This document shows positions 40,050-52,679 of a stretch of 64,000 nucleotides of DNA, one piece after another. The notes under the pieces were generated by a model, which was given only the letters and a program-made list of their open reading frames with translations, made no database searches and had not been told where the DNA came from. The position numbers were made by a program, and so were the translations under genes. This DNA comes from Octopus vulgaris (lineage: Eukaryota), in NCBI GenBank assembly GCA_951406725.2, contig OX597832.1, positions 1,984,001 through 2,048,000 of the forward strand, given 5' to 3'. Each line of letters begins with the position of its first letter. The first letter of the stretch is position 1.

Positions 40050-42300
40050 TATTTCTGTTAAACAAGAAATTTTCCAAAAGGACACCTTGATCGCCAAGGG
40101 CGCTTCAGGCAGGCACCCTTTCCCTCTTCGTTCTCTCCAGCCTACAGCACATCCTTAGAGTAGGCCCATTCACACAAGCCATCCTCATAAATTTTACCCA
40201 CCTTTCAACAAAAATACTGGGGGAAGAAGCACTTCCCATTCCACCCTCACTTTCGTTTCCCATGAGAACTTGGCCGAAGACAAAAGCAACTTCTTCAGTC
40301 CTTTCAACCTCGTCCACCATTCTACCTTTTTCTCAAGAGCAACCAGATAAGAAAATTGTCATCACTTCCCGACCAAAAGAAGGTGGCGAAGTTATCTTCA
40401 CGATGGACTTGGCCGAGAGCCAGATCCGCCCTACATGCGACAACAGCTGTTCGACAAAGCTCAACAAGTCAGCAATGTCTGGATACTGAATCAGTGCATA
40501 CAGGGCGGTTTCATCACAGTGCGCGATTCTCGTGCAGTCCGTCTGACAGCACTTCCGCGCCTGTAGAGCCCCCACCTCCACCACCACACGCCGATAGAAC
40601 TGCCAGATCAGGGATCTCTGGAAATTATCCATAGTACACGACCCAAAAGTCATCCGCAAAAGTCCAACCAACCGATCTCCTCCAATACCGAAAGATTTCC
40701 CGAGAACTTCGTCGCTCTTGCCCGAAAACCATCTATAGAACTCCAAGGTAGAACTACCAACCGCATTGACAGACTAGCAGAGGGCTGTGAGCACTTGCCA
40801 ATACTTCAGATGCCAAACCTTTTGTCTCAGTCTACGCTTGATCCAGGACTGCAGCTCCGTCAATGAGACGAACTGAAGAAAATTCTACTCAACAAATGAC
40901 GCCCAATGTTGGAAACGCTAGCGATGTGGCAGCCTCAGCACATAATTGCGCATCATTAGCCACAGTCCTCTACGCAGCGGCTGCTGACATCAAATGGACT
41001 ATCTGACAAGCGAAGCCCCTTACTTCCACAGAAAACAGAAGAGTAAACACTCAAGCTTAATCATCAACAACACAGAGCAAGAGACAACTGTCAAACGTAA
41101 ATAGACGCATTCATCCCCTCCGCTCGACCATTCAAGGACAGCCTACTCTGCCTACTCTGATCGCCACCTCTCCACCTCTGGTTTGTCTACCTGAAAGTTG
41201 ACCAAACCCGAGCAACTTCTGTTTAAAACCCCACGATACTGACATGAATCTTCTGCATCCTAGTTCACGCAGGATGCCTCTCGAAGCTTCCATAGCAATG
41301 GCTCGATAGCCAGCACACACTGAGAGAGCGAGAGTGTGCATCCTTGACGGACCGAACGTGCAATACCAAATGATTTCCATAGATGGCCATTTACGTTGAA
41401 CATTGAACAGATGTCGATGGTCAACCCCATCGAAAGCTATCAATTGATCCTAATTGATCAGGACACCACCCATACCAGATTCCTTGCCTGCCCTCTCTAT
41501 GATGTAATGCATACGGTGAAGGTTGTCGTACATAGATGTGTTTAGAACGGTGTGTCTGCGCATCTCCGACCGATCTATCCATGATGAGCACCAACTTCTT
41601 GACTATCACCTTGGCCAAAATCTTCTAATCTGTATTTAGCAGATTTAATCTATATTTACACAATCTGTATTTTGTAATTTATGATACAAAATCTTGTAAT
41701 CTATATTGATATGGTCCACCTTGTTTAGGTCCTTTCTCAGCAGCACCACGACACTTCGAATCACAAAACTGAGAATCCTCCCGTTCTGCAGCTAGTTGAA
41801 GTAAACATCTACCAAGGGATCAACAAAAATGTCTGGCGTATGAAGATTAAACTGGAAGAGTGAACAAGCCAACTCGGAGACTTCTCCTTTGAACAGCTAG
41901 TCAACGCATCAAGTATGTCTTCGGTTGTTATTGGCATTTCACAGAACTCCACATCCTAGGCCAGAAGCCGCAGCGGGCCGTTGGGGTAAGAAATAAAATC
42001 ACACTTGGGCCATCGAACAGCTTTCATTCCCACGTGTCTTAGACCACGCGCCCAAGCTCTGACAACGTGACCTTCGCACTTGGTATTCAAAAATTAATCA
42101 AGAGCCAATTTCGCCGCCAGCACATCGGTTGCTTCTAGCTTCCTAACTACGTCTTTCTCTATTCTAGACTTCCCTATCGCTATTTCTTTACTAAACTTAA
42201 ACGCATCTACTTTAATATCCCTTTTAACAACCCACCATTGGTTTGTGACGAATGCACTAGTCAACTTCCGCTGAACTAACATATTAATCTAGCCTCTGAA
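40050..42300 (-). mobile_element. Decayed Tx1/L1-like LINE ORF2
   Basis: AKVIVKKLVLIM, frameshifted DNLHRMHYIIE..DQLIAFDGVDHRHL (cf. LDQEKAFDRVDH); WWVVKRDIK. Confidence 0.8.
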
Positions 42301-43122
42301 AGCTTGACGCGCTAGAAAACGTTCTGCAATATTCGGGGCCCTACCTATAGAGCCTATCATGTTATACCATACAAATCATGAATGTTTGATCTGTATAGCT
42401 GATGACTTTGAATTGTGGACAACATATATTACTTTTATCTACTGGTCTACAGAATACTATATCTCCACGTTGATCCTAGAAAAGATCTCCCACTCCATCC
42501 ACTTGACACCCAATAGCATGTCACTACCCTTTAACATCAATCAGGATACGGCTCATCGGAGGTTGTACTCTGGTGGGTTGCCTTGAATACGTTCTTTGGT
42601 TCAAGTACGTAGGGTACGGAGTCGTTTCTTCACTCCTCCAGGGGACCACGGATTGTTGCAAAGCGAGGGCTTCGGTCTTGAATAAAACTTGTGCTCCCAT
42701 ACTGTTCAGTCCTGAGCACGTTCTGTAAGAGGGTTGGTGGGAAGAAGTTCCGCATATCCTCCCATATTTAAAAAAAAACCTTTCCACCTGAACATTAGTT
42801 GCGTTCTCTATGCAGCGATTCCTCACAGTGATTCACCGGTAGTATATTTTTCTTTTTAAAATACCATTTGAGAATTTGTGTGGAGGTTCTGTGAAAGCTT
42901 ATCGTCCTACAATCTTTCTATAAAGAGCGACCTCCTCTAACTTTAGCTGCTTGTCTTTTAAGGAGAGTTTTGTTTATTCCCTTCACTTTGATACACCCGT
43001 AAAAGTGAGTTTGCTGTCATTATTGTTGCTGTTGTTGCTGTTGCTATCGTTGATGTTGATGTTGTTGCTGCGGCTACTGCTGCTGAACGTGTTACTCTTG
43101 ACGTTGTAGTTAATATTATTGT

Positions 43123-43518
43123 GGAGGCGCAATGGCCCAGTGGTTAGGGCAGCGGACTCGCGGTCATAGGATCGCGGTTTCGATTCCCAGACCGGGCGTT
43201 GTGAGTGTTTATTGAGCGAAAACACCTAAAGCTCCACGAGGCTCCGGCAGTGGATGGTGGTGATCCCTGCTGTACTCTTTCACCACAACTTTCTCTCACT
43301 CTTTCTTCCTGTTTCTGTTGTACCTTGTACTTCAAAGGGCCGGCCTTGTCACTCTCTGTGTCACGCTGAATATCCCCGAGAACTACGTTAAGGGTACACG
43401 TGTCTGTGGAGTGCTCAGCCACTTCCACGTTAATTTCACGAGCAGGCTGTTCCGTTGATTCGGATCAACAGGAACCCTCGTCGACGTAACCGACGGAGTG
43501 CTTCCATCCATTTCCACC
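43123..43518 (+). mobile_element. SINE3, full length, 11-bp TSD
   Basis: tggcccagtggttagg/gtttcgattccc boxes; TSD aatattattgt at 43112-43122 and 43519-43529. Confidence 0.92.
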
Positions 43519-45387
43519 AATATTATTGTTGTTGTTGTTGTTGTTGATATTTTTGTTATTGTTACTGTTGATCTGCTACTGTCGTAATCTATGCTGTCAA
43601 TCTGCATGCTTGATATCGTATTGGTGGTGGTGCTTCTGCTGCTGCTGCTGCTATTGATGAGTTTTTCTGTGGTTTCGCCAGCCACGTTAATCAGCTCGTT
43701 GTTGTTGCTTTTGTTGTTGCCGCTATTATCACCTCTCGCAGAGTGAGTAAAGGATGAAGAGGGAAGTCTTTGGTTGTAAGAGGGTTGGTGGGAAGAAGTT
43801 TTCTCCTTCATAATTTCAATGGTCGTCATCCTCTTTGTTGAGGCCGAAATTTTGATTATGAATTTTTTTTCTTTTACCGCTAGCTAGCGATTTTTGTGAG
43901 TGAGCAGTCAAAAACTGCCTTTCATGGGAAAAAAAACAACACAAAACATCAATCAAAAGGTTCCTGGTTCTCTTGATAACAAAAGGGAACAAACAGTACA
44001 CACAGGAACATAAATCAAACGAGGGAAAACAACGATTTTAGTAGAGACTAACACAACGTGATCAAAATTCATTGCACCACACTCCCCTTAACCGTGAGCA
44101 GCGCAAAACTAGAACCATATTACCAAAGAGATCCCTTGGCGAAAGTACATCCTTAACTTAGCTAGGACCACATCACAAAGATTGGTCCTTCTTTTCAGAG
44201 TGCGAAGATAATCCAGCCCTCAAGAATTATTGACACTCTACAAACCCCAGGTGAGACTTACAACGGAGCAACGCTGCTAATTGCATACACCAGCGTGGCA
44301 AATTTGTATAACCTTCTTATACACACGCTAGTCTCTGGTCCACAGATGCCTCCACTTTCTGCATTTTCTACTGGCTATTTCAATTAACTCACATCTTCAA
44401 CTCACGCCACCTCCATTCAGGGATTCTTGAATCACTCGTCTACCCACATCTTATCCTCCTCATTACATCCAACCGTATGTTTACTTTCTTCCCAGTGTGT
44501 CGCTCTTTAGAATTAGCTCCTTTACTAACGTCTTTCCCGTAGATGTTGACTTGTCCGAGAGGATCATAAATGGCATCAATCTCGCCGATCTAGGAAAACC
44601 TGTGAACAAGAAGAAATGAACCATCACAAATAAACGCATACTGAATTGAATTCATGCACAATAACAATTATGCATCGATAAAGAAATACGAGCTTAAAAT
44701 CTTTAACGTATGTTTCACGCATGCATATGCATACAAACCTTCTCTTGCAGTGATACATATATGCAACATACAAAGACACATGTAACAGAAAACCGCACAC
44801 ATACATAGTTAGGAGCGCACAACATATACCAGCTGGCAAAATCTGAGGAATTGTCAATTTTTCTAAAAGCTTGTACATTTTTCGTTGCCTAGTTTAAAAG
44901 CTTTCAGTCTTTTGTGAGGAAAACTAATTGCCTGCAGTAAATGCAATCGGAAATGAATCCGATTGGCTTCGATATTCAATGATATACTTTATTTACAATC
45001 TTGTGAATTACCCTTAATTATTGACTGTTATTTCCTTCGCTAATACATTTATTTGTTTATGTATGTGTTGCAATTAATTTCGGCAGGAGAAGCTAAATGA
45101 AAGTACTCAATTTCGAAAATGCAATTAGGCAGAACAAAAGATAATGAGATAAAGAAAGGAAAAATGAGTGCGTCATCGAATTACTCCTATACCAGACAAT
45201 ACCAACGACAAGGAAAGAATCCATCACTTGAAATACATCTCTCTGCAGTACTTACAACTTGTTAAAGATTGCACAAGCTCTCTATTCAAGTCAAAACTTG
45301 CCCAAAAAGTAAATAAACCGCTCATAATGCTGTATATACATTTGGTGTCATTGATTGAAAATTACTTGTCTGAGAGAAAACACCAAA

Positions 45388-45389
<2 letters not shown>

Positions 45390-45448
<59 letters not shown>

Positions 45449-45523
45449 ACATGCAAATGTAATTTTATATATAAAGAAGGTGCAAGGCCTAGTGGTTAGG
45501 GTGTTGCTTCGACGGGAGAGTCC

Positions 45524-45595
<72 letters not shown>

Positions 45596-45597
45596 AT
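45390..45597. repeat. (CA)n and (TA)n microsatellites
   Basis: direct. Confidence 0.92.
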
Positions 45598-46268
45598 TGT
45601 GCGTGGGTGGATGTACATGAGTGTGTACGGTCGAGTGTCTGCAGGTACCAAAGGAAGAGTGGATATAAACAACAATCTATCACACTTTAATGTCAAGATT
45701 TCTGTCAGTGAATGGCTTCATAGACACTTTAACTCAAAAATTTGGTGTTCCGGAACTCTCACACTGCCCGAAATATATCCAGTTGGAAGGAAAGGGCATT
45801 TCGGATTTTCTGTTTTAACTTCGGTTCTCTTTGCGCTGATATACAACATATTAAAATATTTTTGAGAGGGGCTTGTAATGCAGTTGGGTTTATCATTTTA
45901 ATATTCATTTTCATGGTGGCTATGGGGTTAGCACTGAAAAAAGTTAAGAATTTGCTCGGAAGAAAGAAAAATAGAAAACATCTCATCGAACTTTTATGAA
46001 TGGCACGACTGCAATATTAGAAATGAAGACGAAGGCAAAACTATCCCAGCCCAGTTCTCTGAGTCATTTCAGTAATATCGACGGCATACCAAAGCTCGGG
46101 AAGAACTGAGTTTGGAATATACAATGGGTATAAGATTCTGTCAAAAGGCGTCCAATGGATACGAACCAGATTAGTGCTAAGACCAGATCAAATTTCCAAA
46201 ATTCAACGCCCTTACCAATTTAGCCAAACTCCTTGTGATATATGTAGCAAAGAGTCTATTGAGATATT

Positions 46269-46486
46269 GGTTTCAAATTTTGGTACAAGGCCAGCAATTT
46301 CAGGGGAGTGGGTGAGTCGATTACATCGACCGCAGAACTCAACTGGTATTTAATTTATCGATCCCGAAATTATGAAAAGCAAAGTCTACCACGGCGGAAT
46401 TTGAACTCAGAACGTAAAGACGGACGAAATGTCGCTAAGCATTTTATCCGACGTTCTAACGATCCTTCCATCTTGCCGCCTTAGCT
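46269..46486 (-). mobile_element. SINE1 with 12-bp TSD
   Basis: tattgagatatt (46257-46268) / tatcgagatatt (46487-46498). Confidence 0.88.
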
Positions 46487-47368
46487 TATCGAGATATTAA
46501 GAGAGAATTGTTACTATCCTTTGAACCGACAGTGAGACGCGATCGTCTCTTGCAGGCACCGATTTTTTTTAAATGGTCTTTTATCATAGCTCTTACCCTC
46601 GTCTTGCTCTCGTCTTACCCCCATACTTGTTCGAGCTTGGTCTATCCCTATGAGGATATATTTGAATTCTCCGTTAACTTGGTTTTATCTCATTCACTTT
46701 AATTATTTACATCTATATTTACGTCCCTTAAACTTGTATTTCTTATTAAAGAATGTACAATTACATAGTGTTATATTTGTAGCATCTTCTTATATCTCCC
46801 TAGCATTCTTTCTTTAACTCTCACTTTTATCTTTCTTTTCTTTTTTTACTTTTTCTTCTTACTTATTTTTAAGTTTCTCCAGTGACTTACGAAACTCGCT
46901 TGAATGACTAAAAGGCATTCATGTAGCCAGACATTAAGGTCGATGTTCACGCAGCATATGACTTATTTTTGTATTTTTCTTTGTCACATCCTTAATTATT
47001 TCTCTTTGATATTCGTCCCTACAACAGATCGTTGTAGCGAGGCTTGTGATATGCTTTGCAATGTCGACTTATTGTGATTTGAGAGACGACCCGAGCAGAT
47101 ACGACAGCCAGACCTGACCTAAGCTGACCTGTCACTCTCTTCTTCGTTCTTTCTAGCCTTTCTCGTTCTTCTATATAATTTTCCTCTTACTATCTCCCGC
47201 TTTTTCTTCTTAGCCTTTATCATTATATTAACTATCGAAATGTTTAGGCACCCCACTTTTCTCCATCCTTTATGTGTGTGTGTGTGTGTGTGTATGTGTG
47301 TGTGTGTCACTGGGAAAAGTATATATATTTACATTGAGAACCACTTCCTATCGCCAACCGGTGGTTGT

Positions 47369-47413
47369 CACACGCTGATGATGGGTCAACATCCAGAAAC
47401 TTGGGTCCGTGTG
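47369..47413 (+). ncRNA. Intact-looking minimal type-I hammerhead ribozyme
   Basis: CACACG-CTGATGA-TGGGT-caac-ATCCA-GAAAC-ttgg-GTC-CGTGTG; canonical core, GUC site. Confidence 0.85.
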
Positions 47414-47660
47414 TATCATGTCAGGGTGGAGATGGGAACGATGATTTCCCTTTGCAAATACTGATAGGGCACAGATAGTGTGCCAATAGCCAGCTGGAGG
47501 AGATGTCTTCCTGGGGCTACAAGCTACAGTAGCATCGACCCTTAAGAGTTAGCCACGTTCAGGTGGCAAATATACTTCACGATATATATATATATATATT
47601 GATATAGATAGATAGATATACATACATGTATACATACAATATCTTCAACTGCTATATTAT

Positions 47661-47810
47661 TCCTTCAGATGAAGGGGTGGAGGTAACCCAATTATATTGT
47701 AATTGACTTATTTTATACTTTGTTGACTCCAATTTAGTACATATTTATGTATGCATAATGCATATTACTGCATCTAGTTGTCGCCGCATCCCTGAAACAG
47801 CTGTAAAGGA
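47661..47810 (+). ncRNA. Hammerhead-like motif with long stem-II insertion (U4->A core change)
   Basis: TCCTT-CAGATGA-AGGGGTG...(~100 nt)...CATCCCT-GAAA-CAGCTG-TA-AAGGA; palindromic ACAGCTGT helix III. Confidence 0.6.
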
Positions 47811-48489
47811 CTTCGAATTTTCTTCCTTCTCAAAGGTATTTTCGCTTATGAAATCTCTGGATATCCACCTGTTTATGAAGGACTACCTTGGACTAACTTC
47901 CTGCTTTCTGCTTAATTATGTTTACATGCATATTTATGTCAATTATTTATAAATGCTTTCTTGCAATAAACAACTGCTTGTCCATTTTATATTTTATCTC
48001 TACTTCCATGAGCTCGACCGGTGCCTTTCTATAATCAACTCTAGTTTGACTGGACTATGTTTCCCATGGTGTTGGATTTTTAGAGCTTAGAACTGGTCTG
48101 AGTGCTTATCTGCCCCGCATCTATTTTACGCCTTTTGATATATTCTCACTTCTTGTATGTGTCAAAATGTCCAAGTCTTTTAAAAGAAGGATATATATAA
48201 GCAAAAAAATATAAGGAGTGCGTTGCGTTTTATAAATAATATTTCAAGGGTTTAACAAAAACATAACAAACAGAACATTCGTAGCTAATTCCTTATCAGT
48301 CAACTTTGAAGAGATTATAACGGTTTTTCACTGTTATCGCTCATACCATTCCCTCTTGGTGGCACCAGTTGCAAAAAGCCACGAACGTACAGGACAAGAA
48401 CGAGAACAAACACGACAAACTAAAATAATTATAATATGTATACATTTACAACAAAAAGGTCGTGCAGCTACCAGACAGATAATATAATA

Positions 48490-50290
48490 AATTGCTTACC
48501 CGCCTAGTCAGCGAGGTGGCTTCATCTTAAAAGCTAAAACAATGCGAGGAAATGGGCCTCAGCATCCTGCAGGTCAATCGGACCCTCCAAGACGGCCGAA
48601 CAAAATCCGAACGACCAGAGGCTGCTAAGACTCTCAGGTACTCATAGGCCAGCAAGGAATTGGATAACAATCTTTGCCATGTGTACCTACAACGGAATGA
48701 CCAATCTAATGGAAGAGAAAAAGAAAATCGTATGCGATGTGATAAGTCTCTGTGAAACACGTCGAAGGAAAGAAATATATGAGAAGAACTGATGGAAGTG
48801 TCGACAGACTGGGAAAAGCGGAAGGTGCGAGAGCAACAGGTGGCATAGGGGTCATCGTAAGTATGGAACTGTTCCTTGTTAATTGCCTTTATCACGCATC
48901 GGAGTGCTAAACGTTCTTCCCTCAAGAAATGCCACCCTGAAGATCCTCCAGACTTATGCTCCCACAAATACGGGCGAAAACAATGAAGTGGAAGAATTCT
49001 ACCAAGAAATAGAGAAGGCGCGATCTCACAAAGCCACTTACACTATATCGATGGGAGATTCCAATACAAAAGTTGGAAAACTATGACAGGGAGAGAAATA
49101 TCTTGGTAAGTTTAGATGAAGAAATAGAAAGAAAAATGGAGAACGTTTGGCTACCATGGCAGTAACAAGGAGACCTTATATTTGGAACATAGGCAGTGTT
49201 CATTGTTTGCAACGGGCTAAGATCGTGATCGAGGGAAAAAGATCGTGATCGAGGGAAAAAGGCTCAGAGATAACAACTCCAGAAACACAACAGATATAGC
49301 TCTGCTATCACCACCAGAAAGGGTCCCATCAGAGAAGGGTGCCGAAAAAGGAGATATAATCTCTCCAAAGCTTTTTACTGCGTATCTAGAAATGATCAAG
49401 GACATTGACTGGACTGGTGGCATGAACATAAATGGCAAGCAACTAACACACCGCCGATTCGCAAATTCATTGTACGCACCGCTGAAACCACAGACCAGCT
49501 GCTGACCAACTGACATAACTGGACACTCAGAACTTTGCTAAGCTCTGAGTAAATCTTAAAATGAACTGCAAGGAGACAAAATATATGCGGTCGCAAGACG
49601 TAGCACAAGGTCGAATCGAGGTGGGAAGCGGTGAAATCGAGAAGATAAAGGAGTACAGCTACTTAGGGCACACATTAAATATGCACCGAGATATGAATGC
49701 TGAAATCTCAAAGAGAACAAGAACAGGATGGATGGCATTTAATGCAATAAGAGATGTGTTCAAAAAAAAGCTAGACAATACCATACGTGCCAGACTCTTC
49801 AATTGCACCGTCCTATCTGTGGTCTTATATTGCAAGTGAGACGTGCACAACTACGAAGATAGAACATAGATTGCCAAGAATCATAGCAAGATTCGTGTCA
49901 GGAATATCATTACGAGAGCATATTGGAGATAAACGGCATATATTGGAAGACATCTCAATAGTAGCGCCCTTGAACACAGCTAGTGATCATTGCTTGATAC
50001 GGGCGAAGAGTGTGATAATTCGAGAACGGAGCGGAGTGAACGACGTGATCGCAGACTACCGAAAACAAAAGTTCCATTAAGCCGGACATGTGGCAAGGTT
50101 CACAGAGAACAGGTGGCTCCGTGCAGTTGCTGAGTGGTACCCGAGAGATCCAAAAGGCTACTTGGAATGGCCTCTACGACGACAGAAAGACGATTTAGTT
50201 AAGGAATTTCGGTCAAGATGGAAAAGAATGACGCAATTAAGACAGAAGTGGAAGCGCATTGTGACCAGCAATGTATAACAGCAGTTCATG
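48490..50290 (+). mobile_element. Internally deleted RTE-clade LINE
   Basis: APE ILQTYAPT..EVEEFY..MGDSNTKVG; RT GDIISPKLFT, INGKQLTHRRFA, KTKYM-like, EYSYLG; C-terminal AGHVAR..RW..EWYPR. Confidence 0.9.
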
Positions 50291-50442
50291 GTCTGATCGA
50301 TACTGTGATATATATTTATATATATATATTGGGTGGATGTTTTCGCATGTATTGAAGAATGCTTCTCTCAAGCCAATTTCTGTGTGCATTAATGTAATGC
50401 ACACGAACATGTTCACAAGGACCGCACTCCTCTCTCTCCCTT

Positions 50443-50497
<55 letters not shown>

Positions 50498-50544
50498 CTA
50501 TCTCTATCTATCAATCTATCTCATTATATATAAATATGTATATA

Positions 50545-50583
<39 letters not shown>

Positions 50584-50690
50584 TTAAAAATAGGATAAAA
50601 TCTTAATAAGAAATTATCAGGTAGTTAGCGTGAAAAACCTTATAAGAGAAAAAAATCTGTAAATTTCTTCACTTGAAAATATTTATTTAT

Positions 50691-50846
50691 ATTATATAGA
50701 GGGCTTTATTACACATAAATGCCACACGCTATGAGGGACTTTTAAAGTCATAACTACGGTACGATTTGTTTATTTTTGGTAGTTATGACTTTAAAAGTCC
50801 CTCCTAAGCGTGTGGCATTTATGTGTAATAATGCCCTTTATATAAT
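50691..50846. repeat. Near-perfect hairpin, ~67-bp arms, 21-nt loop
   Basis: attatatagagggc...cataactac (50691-50757) vs gtagttatg...gccctttatataat (50779-50846). Confidence 0.92.
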
Positions 50847-50847
50847 A

Positions 50848-50922
<75 letters not shown>

Positions 50923-51004
50923 GAAAGCAGAGAACAGAAAAGGATAGAGAACAACACATATTTAACAAATGTATTAGCTTATCGCTTAAAATGAAGGGTA
51001 AGTG

Positions 51005-51048
51005 TTATGATGTTTCGGACATCAGCCCTTCAGTCCTTCATCAGAAAA
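51005..51048 (-). ncRNA. Degenerate hammerhead motif in a PLE pLTR-like relic (~50921-51700)
   Basis: (-) CTGATGA-A-GGAC..GTCC-GAAAC-ATC; stem I eroded; downstream agcg-ta..ctaatacat-tgtt motif shared with 709-732. Confidence 0.5.
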
Positions 51049-52577
51049 AATATAAACGAAAAGTGAACGAGAGAAGTGAAAGAGAAAAAAGTGGCTGGAA
51101 GTAAGAGACGGACGGGTTTTAGGAGCCAGGTGGAAATGCAGTTTGTTGTGGAGATAAGAATGGGAGAGGTTGAGGTCCGCGTATAGGAGTGTATCCGTTT
51201 ATTGAGATAGTTATAAGGTTCCTTGGGGTGTATGTGTAGAGGTGTGCAAGTATGAGAATGTAGCGGTGAGAGATAATGGAGATGTGGGTGGTTGGTGTGT
51301 AAGTGTAATCGTATTGTGTGCAAAACGTAGAAGTGAGATGACAATGAATGCGACTGTGGGGAGAACGGAAAGGTAAGAGAAAAATTAAGGGTATGATGGA
51401 GGTGTGTGCAAAGGTCTGGATATGAGATGCTGTTGATAGAGAATTTAGAGGTGAAAGGAGAGATTAGAATAATAATACTATGGGGAAAAAAGAAATTCTT
51501 TTTGTGTCTCTGAAAGAGAAGACAATTAATAGAACACGTAGAAGAACAAGACAACAGAGGTGTGTATGTACGTGTCGGAATATAAAGCCTAAAGCACATA
51601 AGTGAAAGGGAGAAAATCATAATAAAACAAGGGAAAAGGGACAAGAGAAAGAGGGTGAGAGACAAAGAGAAGCAAGAAAAAAATCGAGATTGCCTCAAAT
51701 CTGGCACACATCGTGGGTGCAGGTTCGAATCCTGTTGAAGTAAAATATTCAGTATCCTATTTTCATTAAGAATTTTCCCACCCTTCATTTTTATCTTCAA
51801 TGTAAAGTATTATGTAAAGGTTCAAATGTAAACTAAATATCATATATTGATTTTGTTTTGTTTTTTGCGTGATCTGTAAACACACTTTTAGTATAGTTAT
51901 AACTCATTGGGACAGCTCATGATCAATGTTTATTTTATCAAAGAAGTTAATTCAAATTTTAAGTTTTTTTCTCCAAATTATGTATCAACCGTTGTTGAAC
52001 ATGAGAAATGAAATGAAATTGGGGAACTAACAGCGATAGTAACGCCAAGCAAGCTGGGGAAAATAATCATGAAAATGTAAGCAAAATAATGGACTGGTAA
52101 TGACTGGTAATGACCACTGTAGTGATTATTTGGTTATGGTGGCTGAGGTAAGTGCTGCTCTTGTAATTTCCCTAGTGGAAATGTTCGTATTATGCGATGA
52201 TGGTGTTGGTGGTGTTGTGGTGATGTAGTAGGCGGTGGCTGAAATATTGGTGATTGTAATGATTATACGCTCCTGATGGTGATGTGGTGAGTGTATGGTG
52301 GTGGTTTAGTGATGATGGGACTTGTAAAAAGGAGGAGCAACTAATGAAAGCTTAACTGAGGCACTATTGTAGGCGTGTAATAGCGTTAATTAAGCGTACA
52401 CATCAGAAACGATATGATTTAGGCAACGGTTGCTCAATGACTATCATTCTTCAAATACAATAGATCAGATAATAACTTCACAAAAGCCAGAAATGTATCG
52501 AACAGTTTTTTTTTTATATTCAACTCCACCCACGCAAATCTGTATCGTCATAAAGGAATGAAAGAAAGAAAGAAGGA

Positions 52578-52579
<2 letters not shown>

Positions 52580-52665
<86 letters not shown>
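52580..52665. repeat. (GATA)n microsatellite
   Basis: direct. Confidence 0.95.
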
Positions 52666-52666
<1 letters not shown>

Positions 52667-52679
52667 AACAGCAGTATCA

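Noticed and set aside
43123-43200. tRNA genes (also near 4027, 23800, 31945)
   Set aside because: tRNA-like heads continue into multi-copy SINE bodies, with a TSD at 43123; no complete acceptor stem or poly-T terminator.
44050-44520. Possible Penelope GIY-YIG-adjacent relic
   Set aside because: Only vague Cys/His motifs; too decayed to call.
48490-48640. HDV-like ribozyme at the RTE 5' end (and at element B's 5' end)
   Set aside because: Could not assemble P1/P2/P3/P1.1 by eye; needs a descriptor search.
51030-51800. 256-aa minus-strand ORF
   Set aside because: Low-complexity pyrimidine-rich strand lacking stops; no domain motifs.
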